A stretch of 64,000 nucleotides of DNA from NCBI GenBank assembly GCA_965202585.1, contig OZ241826.1:88846001-88910000 (forward strand). The letters run 5' to 3'. Shown in pieces: positions 27,401 to 42,400 of the stretch. The notes below the pieces were generated by a model that was not told where the DNA came from, did not search any database, and worked only from the letters and a program-made list of their open reading frames with translations. Both the position numbers and the translations under genes were made by a program. The DNA comes from Thalia democratica. Lineage: Eukaryota. Position 1 is the stretch's first letter, and each line of letters starts with the position of its first letter.

Positions 27401-30400
27401 CGTACTTTTAATTGTAAATAACGTTAAACTAAGTCTAACTTGTTTAGAAAAAAAACTTTGCTTGCAAACTAAAATAAAGTCATCAAATATATTTAGTCAC
27501 TAAAATTTTTGATAAAGTTATTCTATATAAAAAACATACTTTTAATAATTAAACTACCATGGAGTTTTCTTACTTTGATACAAATAGCATTCAACAGACC
27601 GAACAGCCAACCATAAACGTTCTTCAACTCGAAGGTAGTTCATGCGAAACGGACGTATGTCAACTCGTCGTTCGCGCCATTCGCCAAAACTGTTTGGTAT
27701 TCCCCAACAACGAAAAAGTTCAGCTGCCGGCAAGCATGAGGGTGGTGTGGGAAACAGAATCTATGACGTCATTGAACCCAGGATTTATTTCGGAAATAAA
27801 TGTCGTTTATTTCACGGGTAACGGTTAGTAAGTATTCAGATTTATCAAAGTACAGATTTATTTTAAAAACATAGTCCATTGTGTATTTTTTAGGAACGTT
27901 TTAGACAGTTGTTTAATTTGCTTTTTGTTTACTCTTACTATATATTAATTTCAAAATTCTGAATTGGTAAAATTTTTAAATAAAATCAAAACTTTATATT
28001 AAGAAGTCAACTGGAAGCTGATTCTATTGCACTGGATGAAAACACAAAACATCAGAGATGTAGTAGAGAAAACTTCTTTTAAGTTTGTAGAAAAACTTAC
28101 TACTTACTTCAACAACACCCCAAGCTACAAGACTACGTCATCAGTCCGACAGTGCGCCCCAGTGACCACCGTCACCATGACGACCAACTTCACCAAGATA
28201 ACATCCGTTTTTATGAAAAACATTGACAATGACGTCACAGACGAAGATCAGATTAAGAAGATTGTCGGGTTTGCAGCTTTTCTGGCGTTCGGATGCACAC
28301 TTGATTCCAAATCGAGAAATATTTTCACCGCATGGTGGCACGATGAGTTTCCGGGGATTTTAGAAGAAAATCCGTGGGAATTGTTCTACGAAGATGGTTG
28401 TTTTGTTGCAGATGAAAACAAATTTGAATCTTCACCGGACGGCTACGTGCAAACTCCACATTACTTTCAGGTAAAACTTGTTATGATTTTGTTAAATTAT
28501 TTTGATGCAAATTTTGTAAGGTTTGTTCATTTAAACTAAAGTGAAAAATAAAGAATCTGAAACTAATGATTCTTTATTTAAGACTGAGGTTTAATTTCAA
28601 CAGTTCAAATTAAACTAGCTGTAAACAAAAAGGTAAGAAAGTTGCTGAAACTGATGCTGGACAACGGGCACCACTGCCACGTGGTTGGTCCGCCGGGTAG
28701 CGGCAAGTCCTCTTTGATCCGCCACGTCACGAACAGGAGCGATGACGTCACGACGCACCAGTGCTCGATCGCGTCATCGTGCGGAAGCGTGTGGAACGAC
28801 GTCATAATGCAGAGCGTGACGTGGCAGCACGGAGAACTGTACTCGCCGAAATCGTCGCTTGGTGGCGGCGGGAAGAAGCTCGTTTGTTTTGTCGATGACG
28901 TCAGTGTGTCACGTGGCGAAGGAGAAAGTTTGTTTATATTATAAAAATTTATATAGGTATATTAAGATTTAAGTTATTTTACTCCAACTAAAAATTTTAT
29001 TATTTTGCTTCGAAAGTAATTGACAGTGTATAAAGATCTATGATAAAAACTAAATAGTTTTAAAACAAGGTTTTTATACTTTTTGATAAACAAACAGTTT
29101 AAACTAAAAACGCATTCTTAATACAAATCTTAACTGTTAAGGAGCTGGGGAGATTATGGAGCTTATTCGTCAGCACAAAAACAATGAAGCTGTGGTGAAC
29201 CCTCGCACTTACGAAATTGAAAAAGTGACGAACTGCGTCTACGTCACCACATCTTCACCCGGTGATCGCATTGATGAGAGGTTCACTGGAGGCACTTGCG
29301 TATTGCACTTACCGTATCCGTCTGTTCAGGACCAGCAGAGTATTTTTAGGTTTGTGTACACACTACCATTTACTTTGTTTTTATGTACTTAAACCGTTTT
29401 TATTGTGTTTGTCTTTAATTTTGTGCGTTTTAGGTGTGCATTGATGGACAGATTTAAGAAAAAGTCATCAGTCGATGATAACTGCAACGTTAGTTTTATT
29501 TACATGTCTGAAACGAAAACTTGCAGTTAAATCTATCAAAATGATCTTCAGCTTAACTCTGTTTCAACTTAGAGTGATATTTGTTAATTCACAGTTTTTA
29601 GTTTTTACTATGTATTTTTGTAAAACTATTCGATATGTGATTTAATTTATTTGATTAGATTGGTTTGCCTTTAGAAACAATGCATTGTTTTCTAGGAGCT
29701 GTTGACTAACATAGTTGATGCAACAATAGGATTGCAAACAAGACTGCGTCATATTTACATGGAAAACAAAAAAACAAATTACTTTTTTTCCTTACACGAT
29801 CTAAAGATGGTTTTTGACGGAATTATGACGTCATTAGGATCTGATGAGAAAAACCTAATGCTGTTGTGGAAGCATGAGTGCGAATGGGTTTATTGTAAAA
29901 AACTGGTCAGTGTGAAACTTTTAAACAGTTTAAAACTAAATAAACTTTAGAAAAGCTAATAGAAATAAACACCTTTAATGTTTTCTTAGTTTGTTTTATT
30001 TGTATATGATATTATGAAATTTTAATATAAAGTATATAGTTATTGTGTATAAAATTTATACAATGAAATAAAAGGTTTCATAAATTTATTAAATTAAACT
30101 TACCAACAAATGCCTTAAGTTTTGTATATTTTTTAAAGATATTTTGCCTTAAATATGAAAAAAAGGACGAAATTATCAAAGCTAGTTTTTACAGGAAAGT
30201 CAAGTTGACAAAGAAAAGTACGAGGCTGAAATTCAATCTTCAGTGAGAAAGCATCTGACCAACCACAAAGAAGCTAAACTGCTGTTAAGTGACAACAAGG
30301 TTTTGTTCAGTAGCATCTTCAAAGCCAACAATGGACTTGTTACTGCAAAAAAGTATGATTTATAAATAGTCGTAATTAAAGAATTTGAAAAATCAAAACA

Positions 30401-33400
30401 ATATTTTCTGATGTAAAAAACTAAAGTTTCAGAACTAAGTAATTACTGAAGTGTGATTCATTTTTAAGATATTATCACTAAGTATCTCATGAGCTAGTGA
30501 CAAAATTAAAAGTTACAACAAATGATGGCTTTACCTAAATTTAACTAAACGTTTCAGCGACTCAAAAGTAGACTCGTACAAACAAACTGAAGATAAAAAT
30601 AAAGTTAAAAAACTCCTCGAAGAAGCTCTAAAGGTATGATAAACTTAATAAAAGTTTTTTTTTTGAAGCTAAATTTCACTACTTTTAGGAATACAACAAC
30701 GAAAACGCAACAATTGGCATGATGTTTTATGACGTCACAATAGACACTGTTTGCAGGTTGAGCAACTTTTTGTGCAGAAAAAACTGTCATGCCTTGTTAC
30801 TTGGTAATGGAACTCCGGTTCACGCGACGAAATATGCTGTTTTAGGTTAATATGAGCTGCTTGTTTTTTGTTATGTTACTTGATCTGTATTATAATTTTG
30901 CACAACACTAATTGGTCAGCTTTGGCTAAAAATTTGTAAACTAAAAGAAATTAAAAAAGTATAAGTTTTTGGAGATATTCAGACTTCTATAATATTTCTA
31001 TTTAAAATTTTCGTTTTTATTATAAAGTTCAGAGCTAAACTTCAAAAAGCAAAATACGATAGATTGGTCTTTATTCATTAATTTTAAGAATTTATTTATA
31101 AAAAAAGATATTGTTTTTGTTTTATCTATAAATATAAAATATTTTAGCTTCTCATCTCAGTGAAAACTGTCTGACTCGCATACGAATACCGGAAACCGAT
31201 AAAGATGTTTCATTTTTAGCGAATTTCCAAGAATTTATAGTAGAAACATTGATGAAGTCAGCACTAAAAAATCAAGGTCATGTAGTTCTTATCGAAGAAA
31301 ACAAGTTGGTGTTTCTATGTAGTATTAAAATCTTTGAAAAACTTTAAAACTTTTAAGTTTAAAATATAAATAGCTAATTGTACCTCATTTATAAGTTATT
31401 TATTTTATAAAGCAAGTTTTAAATTACTTTAACTTTCAAAAGTTATTTGACAAACCAGAGTTTACGACATTTAAAGTAAGTTGTCATCTTTTCAAGCTGT
31501 AATACTAAAAGCAACTATAATTGATATAATATCTAAACCGTTTTTTAAGACGTCAAAACAATTTTTAGAACTTTTTTCTGATAAAATTCGAAAAACTAAA
31601 ATAAATAAAAACTATACGTAATTTGTTCTGTATTTTATTGGTATAAGTCTATAAAACAGAAAAGTCAACTTAAAAACCAGTTTTGTTACACCTTTAACAA
31701 AAGCAAAGTTATTCAAAATAAACTCTGTGTATTTTAAAACTTTTATGTTGAAGCAAGTCATAAAAGAAATTACAATTTTCAGAAGTAATTTCATACATAA
31801 TTCATGAAAGCACATAAGTAACCAAGTATACTTTTTTCAGTCACATAACACCAGAATGTCTGACTTTAGTTGAACAGCTGGTCAAGCATCAAACTGTACC
31901 AAGGAACATATTTACCAAAAGTCAGATAAGAACCATTTCAAACTCCATGAAAGGTCTTGAGGAAGATCTTACTAATGAGAGCGCTTGGAATATGTTTGTC
32001 GAAAAAGTTATGGGAAATGTTCACTTTGTCTTCATTTATTCTAAATCAGGTAAAATGTTTTTTGTTCGAATTTTTCTAATTAGTTTTTACAGTTTATTGT
32101 TTTAATTTCAATCTAATCTAATAACTGTATGAAAAATTTGATTAGTTCATTTTTAATAGTTTCATGAACACAATAAATTAAATTACAGTGTTTCTGGAAC
32201 TTGGTACTTTTTCAAGCAAAATAAATGTTGTATATGTACAATCTATAGTAACATTTTTTTTTATAACTAGATAATGCAAAAAATTGAAAAGAAGTCCTTA
32301 AAGCTTATATAAAGTAGTTTTATAAAACTGCATTAGTTTGATAGAAATAATAAAAGTAAATAAGAAAGAACTTTATTTGTCCCCAACACACTAATTATAA
32401 AAAACATGTAAAAAAGTATGAATTAAGTTTAAGTAACAATTACTTTTACAAATCAGACTTTCTTCTAAACCACCGCAAATTGCCCAATCTATTCAACCGA
32501 ATGCAGACAATCAACTTCGGTGATTGGCAGCAAAACCAGCTGGTAAGTAACGCCATGCTGCACCTAGAACACATGGATTGTGACGTCATAAACAAAGAAA
32601 ATGCGGCTCACCTGTTGGCTGACATGCACACGACTCTGAAGGCGAAGGAGAAAGAAATTGGAGTTGGGTTTGTTTTTGAAAAATATAGTGATTTGTTTAC
32701 ATTAGTTCTACTAAACAAACTCTTGTAGTTGTAACATATCTTACCAAAGGTAGCATGTAAACGATTAATATAAATACTTTAAAAGTATTTTAGTTGAAAT
32801 ATAACTTGTCACAACTTGTAAACATTTAAGTGTTATTAATAAATTCTTTGAGTTTCTCTATAAATCAATCACACAAACTTTTGCAGTAAAGCTTGATATC
32901 ACAGCGTTTAATGCTTATAACAAGTTATTTTTTTAGTCACAATAACAAAATAAAGCAACTTAAATGACTTCAAAAGTATCTAACAGTTTAACCTCTAGTA
33001 AAATATTGTGTTAGTTTGATGATTATTTTTTCAGAACTGAAGGTCTTTCGAGCAACCACAAGTTCGAAAAGTTCGTTGAGAATTTCGTCAAGATTTACAA
33101 GAGACGCCGTGATGAAATTATAACAACAAACGATGCAGCTGCAAGAGCACTTGAAGTGATAACAGAGAAGAATTTACAAGCTGAAAAAATACAAGAAGAA
33201 ATAGAAAAAGAAGAACTTGTTGGTGCCGTTTTATTATTAAACTTAACACTATACAATATTTATCACTAGTTATGACTTTTAAATCAAAAGTAAACATATG
33301 TAGTTATATTGTAAGTAGACAACTTTTAAATATAAAAATAAACTGTTTTTAAATAAGCTTCTTGCTAAAAATTATATGTATTTACAAATTTGAGCACAAA

Positions 33401-36400
33401 CTTACAAATGTTTAGGTATTAGAAGAACACAGAAAAAGCACTTCAAATCTTTTGAGTCAAATTGGCCAGGAAGTGCTTATTACGAACCAGCAGGTTACAA
33501 ACTAATACTTACAGTATAAAACATTCAAATTTTCAGTAAACTTTAGATTGAAATAAATTTCGATTACTTAAGATGTATGAATAACTTTGGTAAGATATCA
33601 TTTCAAACTATTCTATAAAATACTTATATATTGAAACCGATAAGTTAGTTCATTAAGGTTTAATAGGTTACTTTTTTTATTAATTCTATAATAAGTAGAT
33701 TATGTACTGTGCACACTGTAACCAACTTTGATTAAATTTTGAATAAAATTAAAACTCTTCATTTGTTTCAGACTTGGTTAGTTGAAAAACAAACAGCCAA
33801 GTTGCGAAAGCTGCACGATTACCTCCCCCAGTTCGAGCTTGCTCACGAGAGGGCGCTGTTCAAATCTGAAGCGATAGTGGTTGATGTTAAGAAGCTCGTC
33901 ACAGAAATTAATCCTCATGTTAGTAATGATAAGAAAACGTATGGTTAATGATATTTTTCAAAAAGATACGATTAAATTGCACTGCGGTGCTATTGAAAGC
34001 TTAGACTAAAAATCAGCTTCTACAACGCTTCTTAACGGTCGCGCTTACCTAATGTTTGATTTGAAATTATAAAAGTGCCAGTGTATGGTTTTTTGAATCT
34101 AAATAAAGCAAATTAAAAACAGTCTACTTTTTACTGAATAAGAATAGTCGAGCAAGTCTAACAACATGTAAACAACAACAGGAAATAAGCAAGTTGAGAG
34201 AAGTAGAAGAGCCGTGCCCTGAGGTCGAGGAACTGTTAGCTTGCGTCATTCTGATACTGAAATCACCGAACCGTGTCGACGTAACGTGGAAAAAAGGCGC
34301 AAAAAGAATCATGGCCAACATCGACCGGTTTCTCAACCAGCTTTCAAAGTTCGACGAACAGTTGCTGGATAAAGTGGGTTTTTGTAAAAGTAAAATATTT
34401 TACAAACAGCATTGTAAACGAAATTTTTTCGAAAACACTAACATAAAATTTAAAAAGTTTGGTTTCAATTTCTAACGTATAATTTTCACTACCTAAATTT
34501 TTAAAGAATTAAAACATTTTGCTTGAATTGTTCTGCTTTTAACTTTAAAGCTACCTGTAGTTTAAGTTATTTCTTATGAACTAGAAACAACTACTTCAAA
34601 GTGCAAATTCAAAATGTCATAATTTATTTAGTTATCCACTTATATCTTTTAACAGTCCCATTTTGTCAATCTAAAACACCACTTTAATTTTAAGTCTTTT
34701 TATACAATTTAAAGGCAACTATGGACGAATTAGAAGCAATCACTTCAAAACCCAACTTCAACAAACCGTTCATTGTTGAAAACTGTTACGGTTTTAGAAT
34801 TGCAGGTATGAAAACCTAAATTCTTTAAAAATATTATTAAACTAAGAAAATTTATAACTTTATAAAACTAGTTCTATAATATTCCAAAACTTAAAAATTG
34901 TTTATTGTTGAAACAAACTGTTTGTTTAAACATAAAAATAGCAATTAATGTGTTGACATTAAGTTCCATAACTTTTTTGCAGGAAACTTGTTTGAATGGG
35001 TCGCGGGCGTAATGCTTTATAACACCACTGTAGTAGAAAGAGTCAGACCTTTGAAAGAACGAACTAAAACAATTGCAGATTTAATTGGTAAGCATACTTT
35101 GTTATTCTTAACTTGTTTGCATCATTTAAAGTCTCTGTTTTAAGTTTATAAGAGCAAAAAAACTTTATATTTTACATTAAAGTGTTAGCTAAAACGTAAT
35201 TTTAGGAGTTGAGAATTACAACTAAAATAGTATAAAAATTTTGTTTAATTACTTTTAAATAGTAAAAAATGAAAAAACTATCAATATTCAAAGTTCAAAA
35301 CAGTCAATAGATAGATTGACTATGATTTCTTCGCAGTTAAAGAAAAATCCAATCTGAAGCAGCTCGAAGAGAAGAAGGAATCGTTAGAAATGAGACTTGC
35401 CGAGCTGGAAGTTACTTTCGAGAGTGCGACGGTCGACAAGAACAACCAGTTGAGAAAAATCGACGAGATGATGACCAGCGCCAAGTTCACTGCGCAGCTG
35501 AAAAAGTGTTTGGTTCGTGAAGAGCAACGCAACAAAAGTATTGTCGGTATGTTGTGTTGATTTTATGTTTTGTCTTACTTTTGTTTACAATTTCAAACAA
35601 AATTTGATTTAAACTTTAGCTTCTGTTATAATTTATAGTATTGTTTTCAGTATATACTACATAAAACCGAAAAATTAACTCATTTTTTCCGTTTGGATTA
35701 TCACCTTCAAAACTAAATAGCAATTAGGTGTTTTATACAAGCTTAAAAGCTAAAATTTTAATAAAGATAGTTTTATGCAGCGTTTTAGTACTTATAGATT
35801 ATAATATATTGATAAGTCAGACTTAGCTCAGAATTTTAATTGATGTTATCGCATATAACAAAATAATCTGAACAGATCTAAGTAATGTAAATAACTATAC
35901 TGTATTAACGATAAGTTAAATTTTCTAAAGTCAGCTAAAACGTAAAGTTACAACAAGCATTAATAAATATAAAAATTTTACTCATACACAGACTCGTTCA
36001 ACAACCGGATGTCTTGGTTGCTAGGCACGACTTGTTTGGGGGCCGCCTTGGCAACATACGTCATCAGCATGCCTCCCGCATTCGCTCGTTCCATTACGTC
36101 ACACTGGTGGCCGATGGAATGCATTCACAAAAGGGAAATTCCCCTCGTGTTCAGTCACGTGGAACCGACGGTTGACGGTCACGTGGTTGATTTCGTTGTG
36201 AAGGATAGTGAAGGTTAAGTTTTAAGTAAATTATAATTTTTTGATCCTTGATTTCTGAAGTTTTTAAACGAATACGAGTATCAACATTAATATTTATCAA
36301 AGTATACATTTTTAATAAAATTGTTTTAAAATTTTTGATCCCTTATAAATACTATAGTGTTTTATTTGTCTTGAGACTCTATATTCTTTTTGAAAGTTAA

Positions 36401-39400
36401 TCTGCGTGAAATTGAAGCAAAATATTTCTTTTTCTATTTACACATTAATAATATTTTGATGCAAAAAACAGCTGAAGAAGATATATCTTCAACTCAACAT
36501 GTATCAAAACTAATGCTTTCAACAAACTCTGTTTTATCAGAAGAAAAAGGCAAACAAGTTTTTGAAAATAAGAATAAAACGACTGTTTTAAATTTTTCTG
36601 ATTTAGAACATATGAAATCTTTTGAAGAAACAGTAAGTTTGTGATATAAAAACGATTAAATGCAGTTTATTACAGACATAACGTTTTAAACACTTAATTT
36701 TTTAAGTTTTGTAATGCAATACTTCTGACTTGTGTTTAGACTTTCACAATATTTAACAAATAGAAGCTGATTAACTGTTTGTTGCGAGTTATTGCCAGTG
36801 ATGATCAGTTGGAAGGTTTCGAAGCTTTAGGACTTACAATTGACCAGGTAAGAATTTTTTATAGGAAGCGTGTTAAAACTAAAGCAAATGTAAATTCATC
36901 AATACCAGCAATAAATAAATTATAATTATCTAAAAATATTTTCGTTTTAAAACTAACTCTCACTTAAATCTTACTTTAAGTAACCTGTAATAGAAGTAAA
37001 GAATTTTTACACTTTTGTTCATGTTAGAGTTAAATGGAGCTTATATTAAGAAAACTATTTTTATAGATGAAAAATCTAGTTGTTTCGAGCTGTTGTATGG
37101 ATAAAACACAGCTGGTTATAGACAAAAACAATGACTTTGTCATACCAGATGATGAAAACACAGTAGTTATTAAATTACCAGAAAAAATTGACACATATCT
37201 GCTTGAAGATATGAAGAAAAATATACTCGATGGTAATTTATTTGGTTTTTAGTATAAGATGTGTTTATTATCTATCATTTAATTACTTACAGGTTTTAGC
37301 AATCCAAACATAATTTGTAATGATTCTGCATAAGTTATGCGATTGTAAAAATTAAAAAAACTATCATATTATAAATAATATAACTATAATACTAATAATA
37401 TAACTATTATTTTGTTCAGTTCCTGACTTTTTTTTAAACAGAAATAGATGCATGCAAAACATTTAATCATTTTTTGTTTTACAGGCAAGCACTTAGTGCT
37501 GGAGAATTACAATTCACACAACTGTGTCTACTTCCAGTCACTTATTGAACGGTCAACTATCAAGGAAGATGATGATCTTTTAACTGTTAACTTTAATAGT
37601 GAAGTTTTGAAAGTACAAGAAACTTTTAGGTTAGATTAAAATGAATACATGTAATTTTACATCTAAAATTATACCTCTGAAACACCTTATAGTAATGCTT
37701 TTATTTTTTGCGGTCGATTAATATTAATACGCGACTTTATTACGACTCAAAGTATATCTCTTATAGTGGAAATAGTTTATTAGAAATGTTTTTTATAGCA
37801 ATCACCAGAAAAGTTTGTTTTCCGTCATTACAACTAGTTGTGCGGAAGATAACTAATTGATTGGTGGGTGTTTTAGTTTGTTCTTAATAGAAATAAAAAC
37901 ATTTTAAACAGATTAACATTGAAAACCAAACAAGAAAGTATCAAAAATTTCCACCCTGAATTACTGTCCTCTGCAGTCGTTTTCAACGTTGACTACGATT
38001 TCAAACAACTACATGTGAGATGGTCTAACTTATTTCGATTTTTTTAAGTATTTTAACATTTTAACTTTAGGAAAAACTGCTAAATGTTGCTGTACAAAAA
38101 CTGCGGCCGAAACTTTTCAAGCAAAAATGTCAATTGATAACGAAGATGAATAAACAAAAAGAAAAGTTGGTTGAATTTAACAGCTCACTGTGTAGAGTTT
38201 TGACCGAGGAGAAGCCAGAAAAGGATAATGAAGAGTTTACAACATCAGTTACCAAACTTGTTGATGAAAAAACAAATGTATGAAGTTTATATTAGAAATA
38301 GTATTTATATGTCAAAATAGATACCGTAAAATTTATAAAGTTTTAAAGAAACCTGTACTAAAAGATAGCTTTCTTTTTATTTTTAACTTATATTTTACTG
38401 TGTACTAAAAAGCAGATTTAATTACTTTTGATCTTTTTGTAGGTTGAAAAATCATTAAAGGTAACAGAAGACTCAATAAAAGAAATCGACAAAATAATCA
38501 AAGGATATCAGCCAATAGCATTCAAGGGTTCTATGCTGTACTCTGTATGTATGAGTGTTGCAAATATATCTGAATACTACATTGTGAGTTAAATCGTAAC
38601 TAGTAATGAAAGTTTTAGTTGTAACTTGTAGATAATACTTCCTTTACTTAAAGTAACTTAACACTTTTATACTCACGTAGGAAGCTCTTTCTCAGCTGTT
38701 GTTAACTTATATCAAACATAGCCGTTATTAGTTTATTTTTCAATACCTAGTAAAACAATTTTTTTTAACATAGAAATAACTCATTTATAGGTATCACAAA
38801 CGTTCTTTTTGAAACTGTTTGAATCTGCTTTGAGTGTAGAAACTCTAGTAAAAGAATCACAACGATCTGACAAGGACCAAACATCTAGTCCAGATGAGTT
38901 TCAAGGTTTACGCTTAGAATTATAAATTTTTCAGAGAGTATTTTTTATTTTTCAGTAAGCATAAAAAACTTTAGAGCATATCGATACGAACAACACTTTA
39001 ATCTTTACGTTGATAGTACATTTAGATTATTTTTTTAATTATTTCTTAAAAAAGTTCCAACTCAGAATAATACATTTGTGCTTATTCTACAAAAAAAAGC
39101 AGTTGTGTATTTTTTTTTTGTTTTTACTATTTGTTAAGATTTTGTAAAGAAATCTATAGTTCCTTGTTTAATATCTGTAAAGTTTAAATCTAAACAGCAG
39201 AAGAAGTAGTAACTCCACAATCTATATCAGTAAACGATGTAAGTTACGATGAAGCTAATTATCATGAAGTGGAAGAAATAAGTTTGAATTTGACAAGAGA
39301 AATATTTTTGTATTTACACGGAAGGTATGTTACATAGTATCATTACTTTGTTTTAAGCTTTTTCTGAAAAATAAACAATTTAAGATGAATTTTATCTTTA

Positions 39401-42400
39401 AATCATAATTCGTAAAAAATGACCAGTTCACAAAAATTTTTCGGAAAGTGTGCACAGAAGTTTGCATACAAATTTTAACAAGTAGTAAGAATACTGCTAA
39501 ATAAATATATAGTACGTCTTTAATTGTTTTCAAAACAAAATTTTGACAGTTTTTTAAGTGGTTTTAGCTCACTGTTTACAAACAAAATAACTAAGTTACA
39601 GTAAGAAAAAACTAGAAGTACAAAAGTCTGTATTAAACTCTATATAGTTTTATTTTAGTATGTATTGTATTGTGCACAGCTTAATAAAAGTTAATTACTA
39701 ATCTAGGTGATTATCTTCATTTTTTACAGAGTCGTTCCGCATCATCGGCTCGTTATGACGTCATACTTCATGATGACGTCACAATCCAGCCAACTACCCG
39801 ATCCTCCGTTCACTCCTGAAGAACTAAAAATTTTCATGAGCAGTGATGTTGAACAAAAAGTAGAAACTTGTGATGAAATGAAGGAACCTGATTGGTTGAG
39901 TGAAGAAATTTGGACAATGTTACTGGCTGCTTCTAACTGTTTGGATGGAATTTGCGAGAAAATATTTTCGAATTATAAAGTAGCTGAATTGATGAAAGAG
40001 TGGTTTTTGAGTGAAAAACCTGAGGTACATTGTTAACTAATACTTGAAATTAAATCTAAAGTGTTTTTAAATAAATCGAGTATTTTAATAATAGTTCTTT
40101 ATATGCTATACTTATTATTATTAAGCTTAACAAACTGTACTATTAATACTTTTTTTTATCATCAAAGACTTATAATTACCTGATTATTGATAAGTTTAAT
40201 TTTTATTGCATTCCGCCAAAAGCAATAGTAGAGTTTAAAGACTTTTAAACTTATAATTTCAGTTTTGTTTGAATATTAAGTAGCAATAAAAAAATTAGAA
40301 AAATTTGTACTTAGTAAGTTTTTAATTTAGCAATAAAAAGAAGTTAATTTACAGACAGAAGAATTATCGGTATTTGATGGAACTAGGTCTCAAAGAAAAT
40401 GGTTTTATAAACTTTTGTTGATAAAAATAATGAAGCCTGAAAGACTTGAATACTGTATGAAGCTATATGTAGAAAATAATATCAATTTAATTCCCGATCT
40501 TAGACAAGTATGTTTATAAGCATTTTAACTTTATCAAGACCTAGCTCAGACTATATTAACTTGTTCTATTTAGGTTTTTTTTAAACAAACAAAACTTAAA
40601 ATGCTCTATTTAGTAAGTAATTTACACATTTATCATGGTTTTAGTATATAGAATTCATCAAATTAAGTTTAAACAGTAAATAACACTGTAGATATCACTG
40701 GACGGCTTGTTAAGAAAAGTTGCAAAATTCGGAAGCATTGTTTTTGTTACGTCAAACGATAGAAAATATGAAACTGAAAAAATTGAAGACTTAATCAAAA
40801 ATATTTCAGAAAAGTTAGTTCCTACTGTTTGTAATAACTTGTTTTTATAGTTTTTTGTCTTAGCTCAAAAATATTGTTCGATTTACTGAAATGTAAAGAG
40901 CTTATTTAAATGATAATAGTGTAGAAATTAGAAACTTTATTTACTATCAGGTTTAAACCTGGTAGTAAATAAAGTATTTAACTTGTACATTATTATTAAT
41001 TAATAACTTGTATAATAACTAACTTTGTTAGTATATATTTAAAATATTTTTTTTGTAATGTAGATTTTTTTTAAGGAAAAAAATACCTTTTAAAGAAGTA
41101 AGCTTAACTGATGAAAATAACTTTTTCCAAATCATCAATGACTCCCAAAATGAAAACTCTTGGATATTAATAAACCATGTCGAAAATTCTCCAGAAAGGT
41201 AATTACAAATTAAGCTCTGTAAATTAATAAAAACTAAAAGTTATTTGTGAGCTATAAACTCAGTGTAAAGGCAGTTTCAGTTGCTTAACTAAAAAAACTT
41301 TATTATAAACAACTGCTTTAAAATAAGTTTTAAGACCAAATTTATAACTTTTATCTTGTGGCTCTTAATGCAGTTATCTCGAAGAAATCAACAGCTTACT
41401 TGAGAGCAAAACAGACAACGAATCCAGTGTAATATGGATACATGTTGGAAACAATAACAAGTTACCTCATAAACTGTACGGTGAATATTACACAGTAACA
41501 AAAGAGTACCTGTGTGATGTTGCACAAAAAGTTGGTATATTAATAAAATACACTCGAGTAAAAATCATTATGAAACAGTGAATAAAGTCAGTATAGTTTA
41601 ATATTAATTTTAAATTTTTAGGTTGCAATCAGCGCTTCAACAAAAGTTGAAAGTGCTAACTTCAATGAAACTTTGTTCAACTCTTACGCATCGGTATGTT
41701 TTGAAATTTTTAGTTTTGATCTTTTTGTTTAGTGTAAATAACTTGGCCCTTTTTTAACTCAACTGAAACTATGGTAATAAATATTTTTAGTAAAAATATT
41801 TTGACAGAAAGCTGTTTTATTTTTATTTATGCAAATATAAGTAAACTAGACTTAAAGCAGTGTTCTGAAATATCAAATATAAAATGATATAAAAACTGAA
41901 AGTATGTACAAAAATGCAAATAAAAATGTTAATATCTTCAACAGTTTATAGAAGTTTTGTAAAAAAAAATATTTTAAGTATTAAAAGCAATGCCCAACCT
42001 TTTTTTAAATTAAAATGTTTAATAGATCTTTTTTGAGCAAAGCAAGTTTGTTGACGACCCGAAAGTAAGAAGAAATATATTCGGGTTGTGTTTCTGTCAT
42101 TCCGTGCTGATTTGTCGACTAAATTCTGGTTACTATGGAAACAAAGTTAATTGTCCAATCACGTTGTCGCAATTGCAAAGTGCGGCTAGTTATGTTGTTG
42201 ATGAAAGTTAGTAATTCAAACATATAATTAAGTATTTTAGTTATGTTGTTTCTTCAAGATAGCAATTACACATATGTATTGTATTTTTTAGCTCTTTAAG
42301 AACAACTTTTTTTTTCATTTGCAAATAGCAATTTAAACAAAAGATTTAAAAGATAAAATAAATTTACTAGGTGGAAATGATGAAAAACTGACAGATTTGC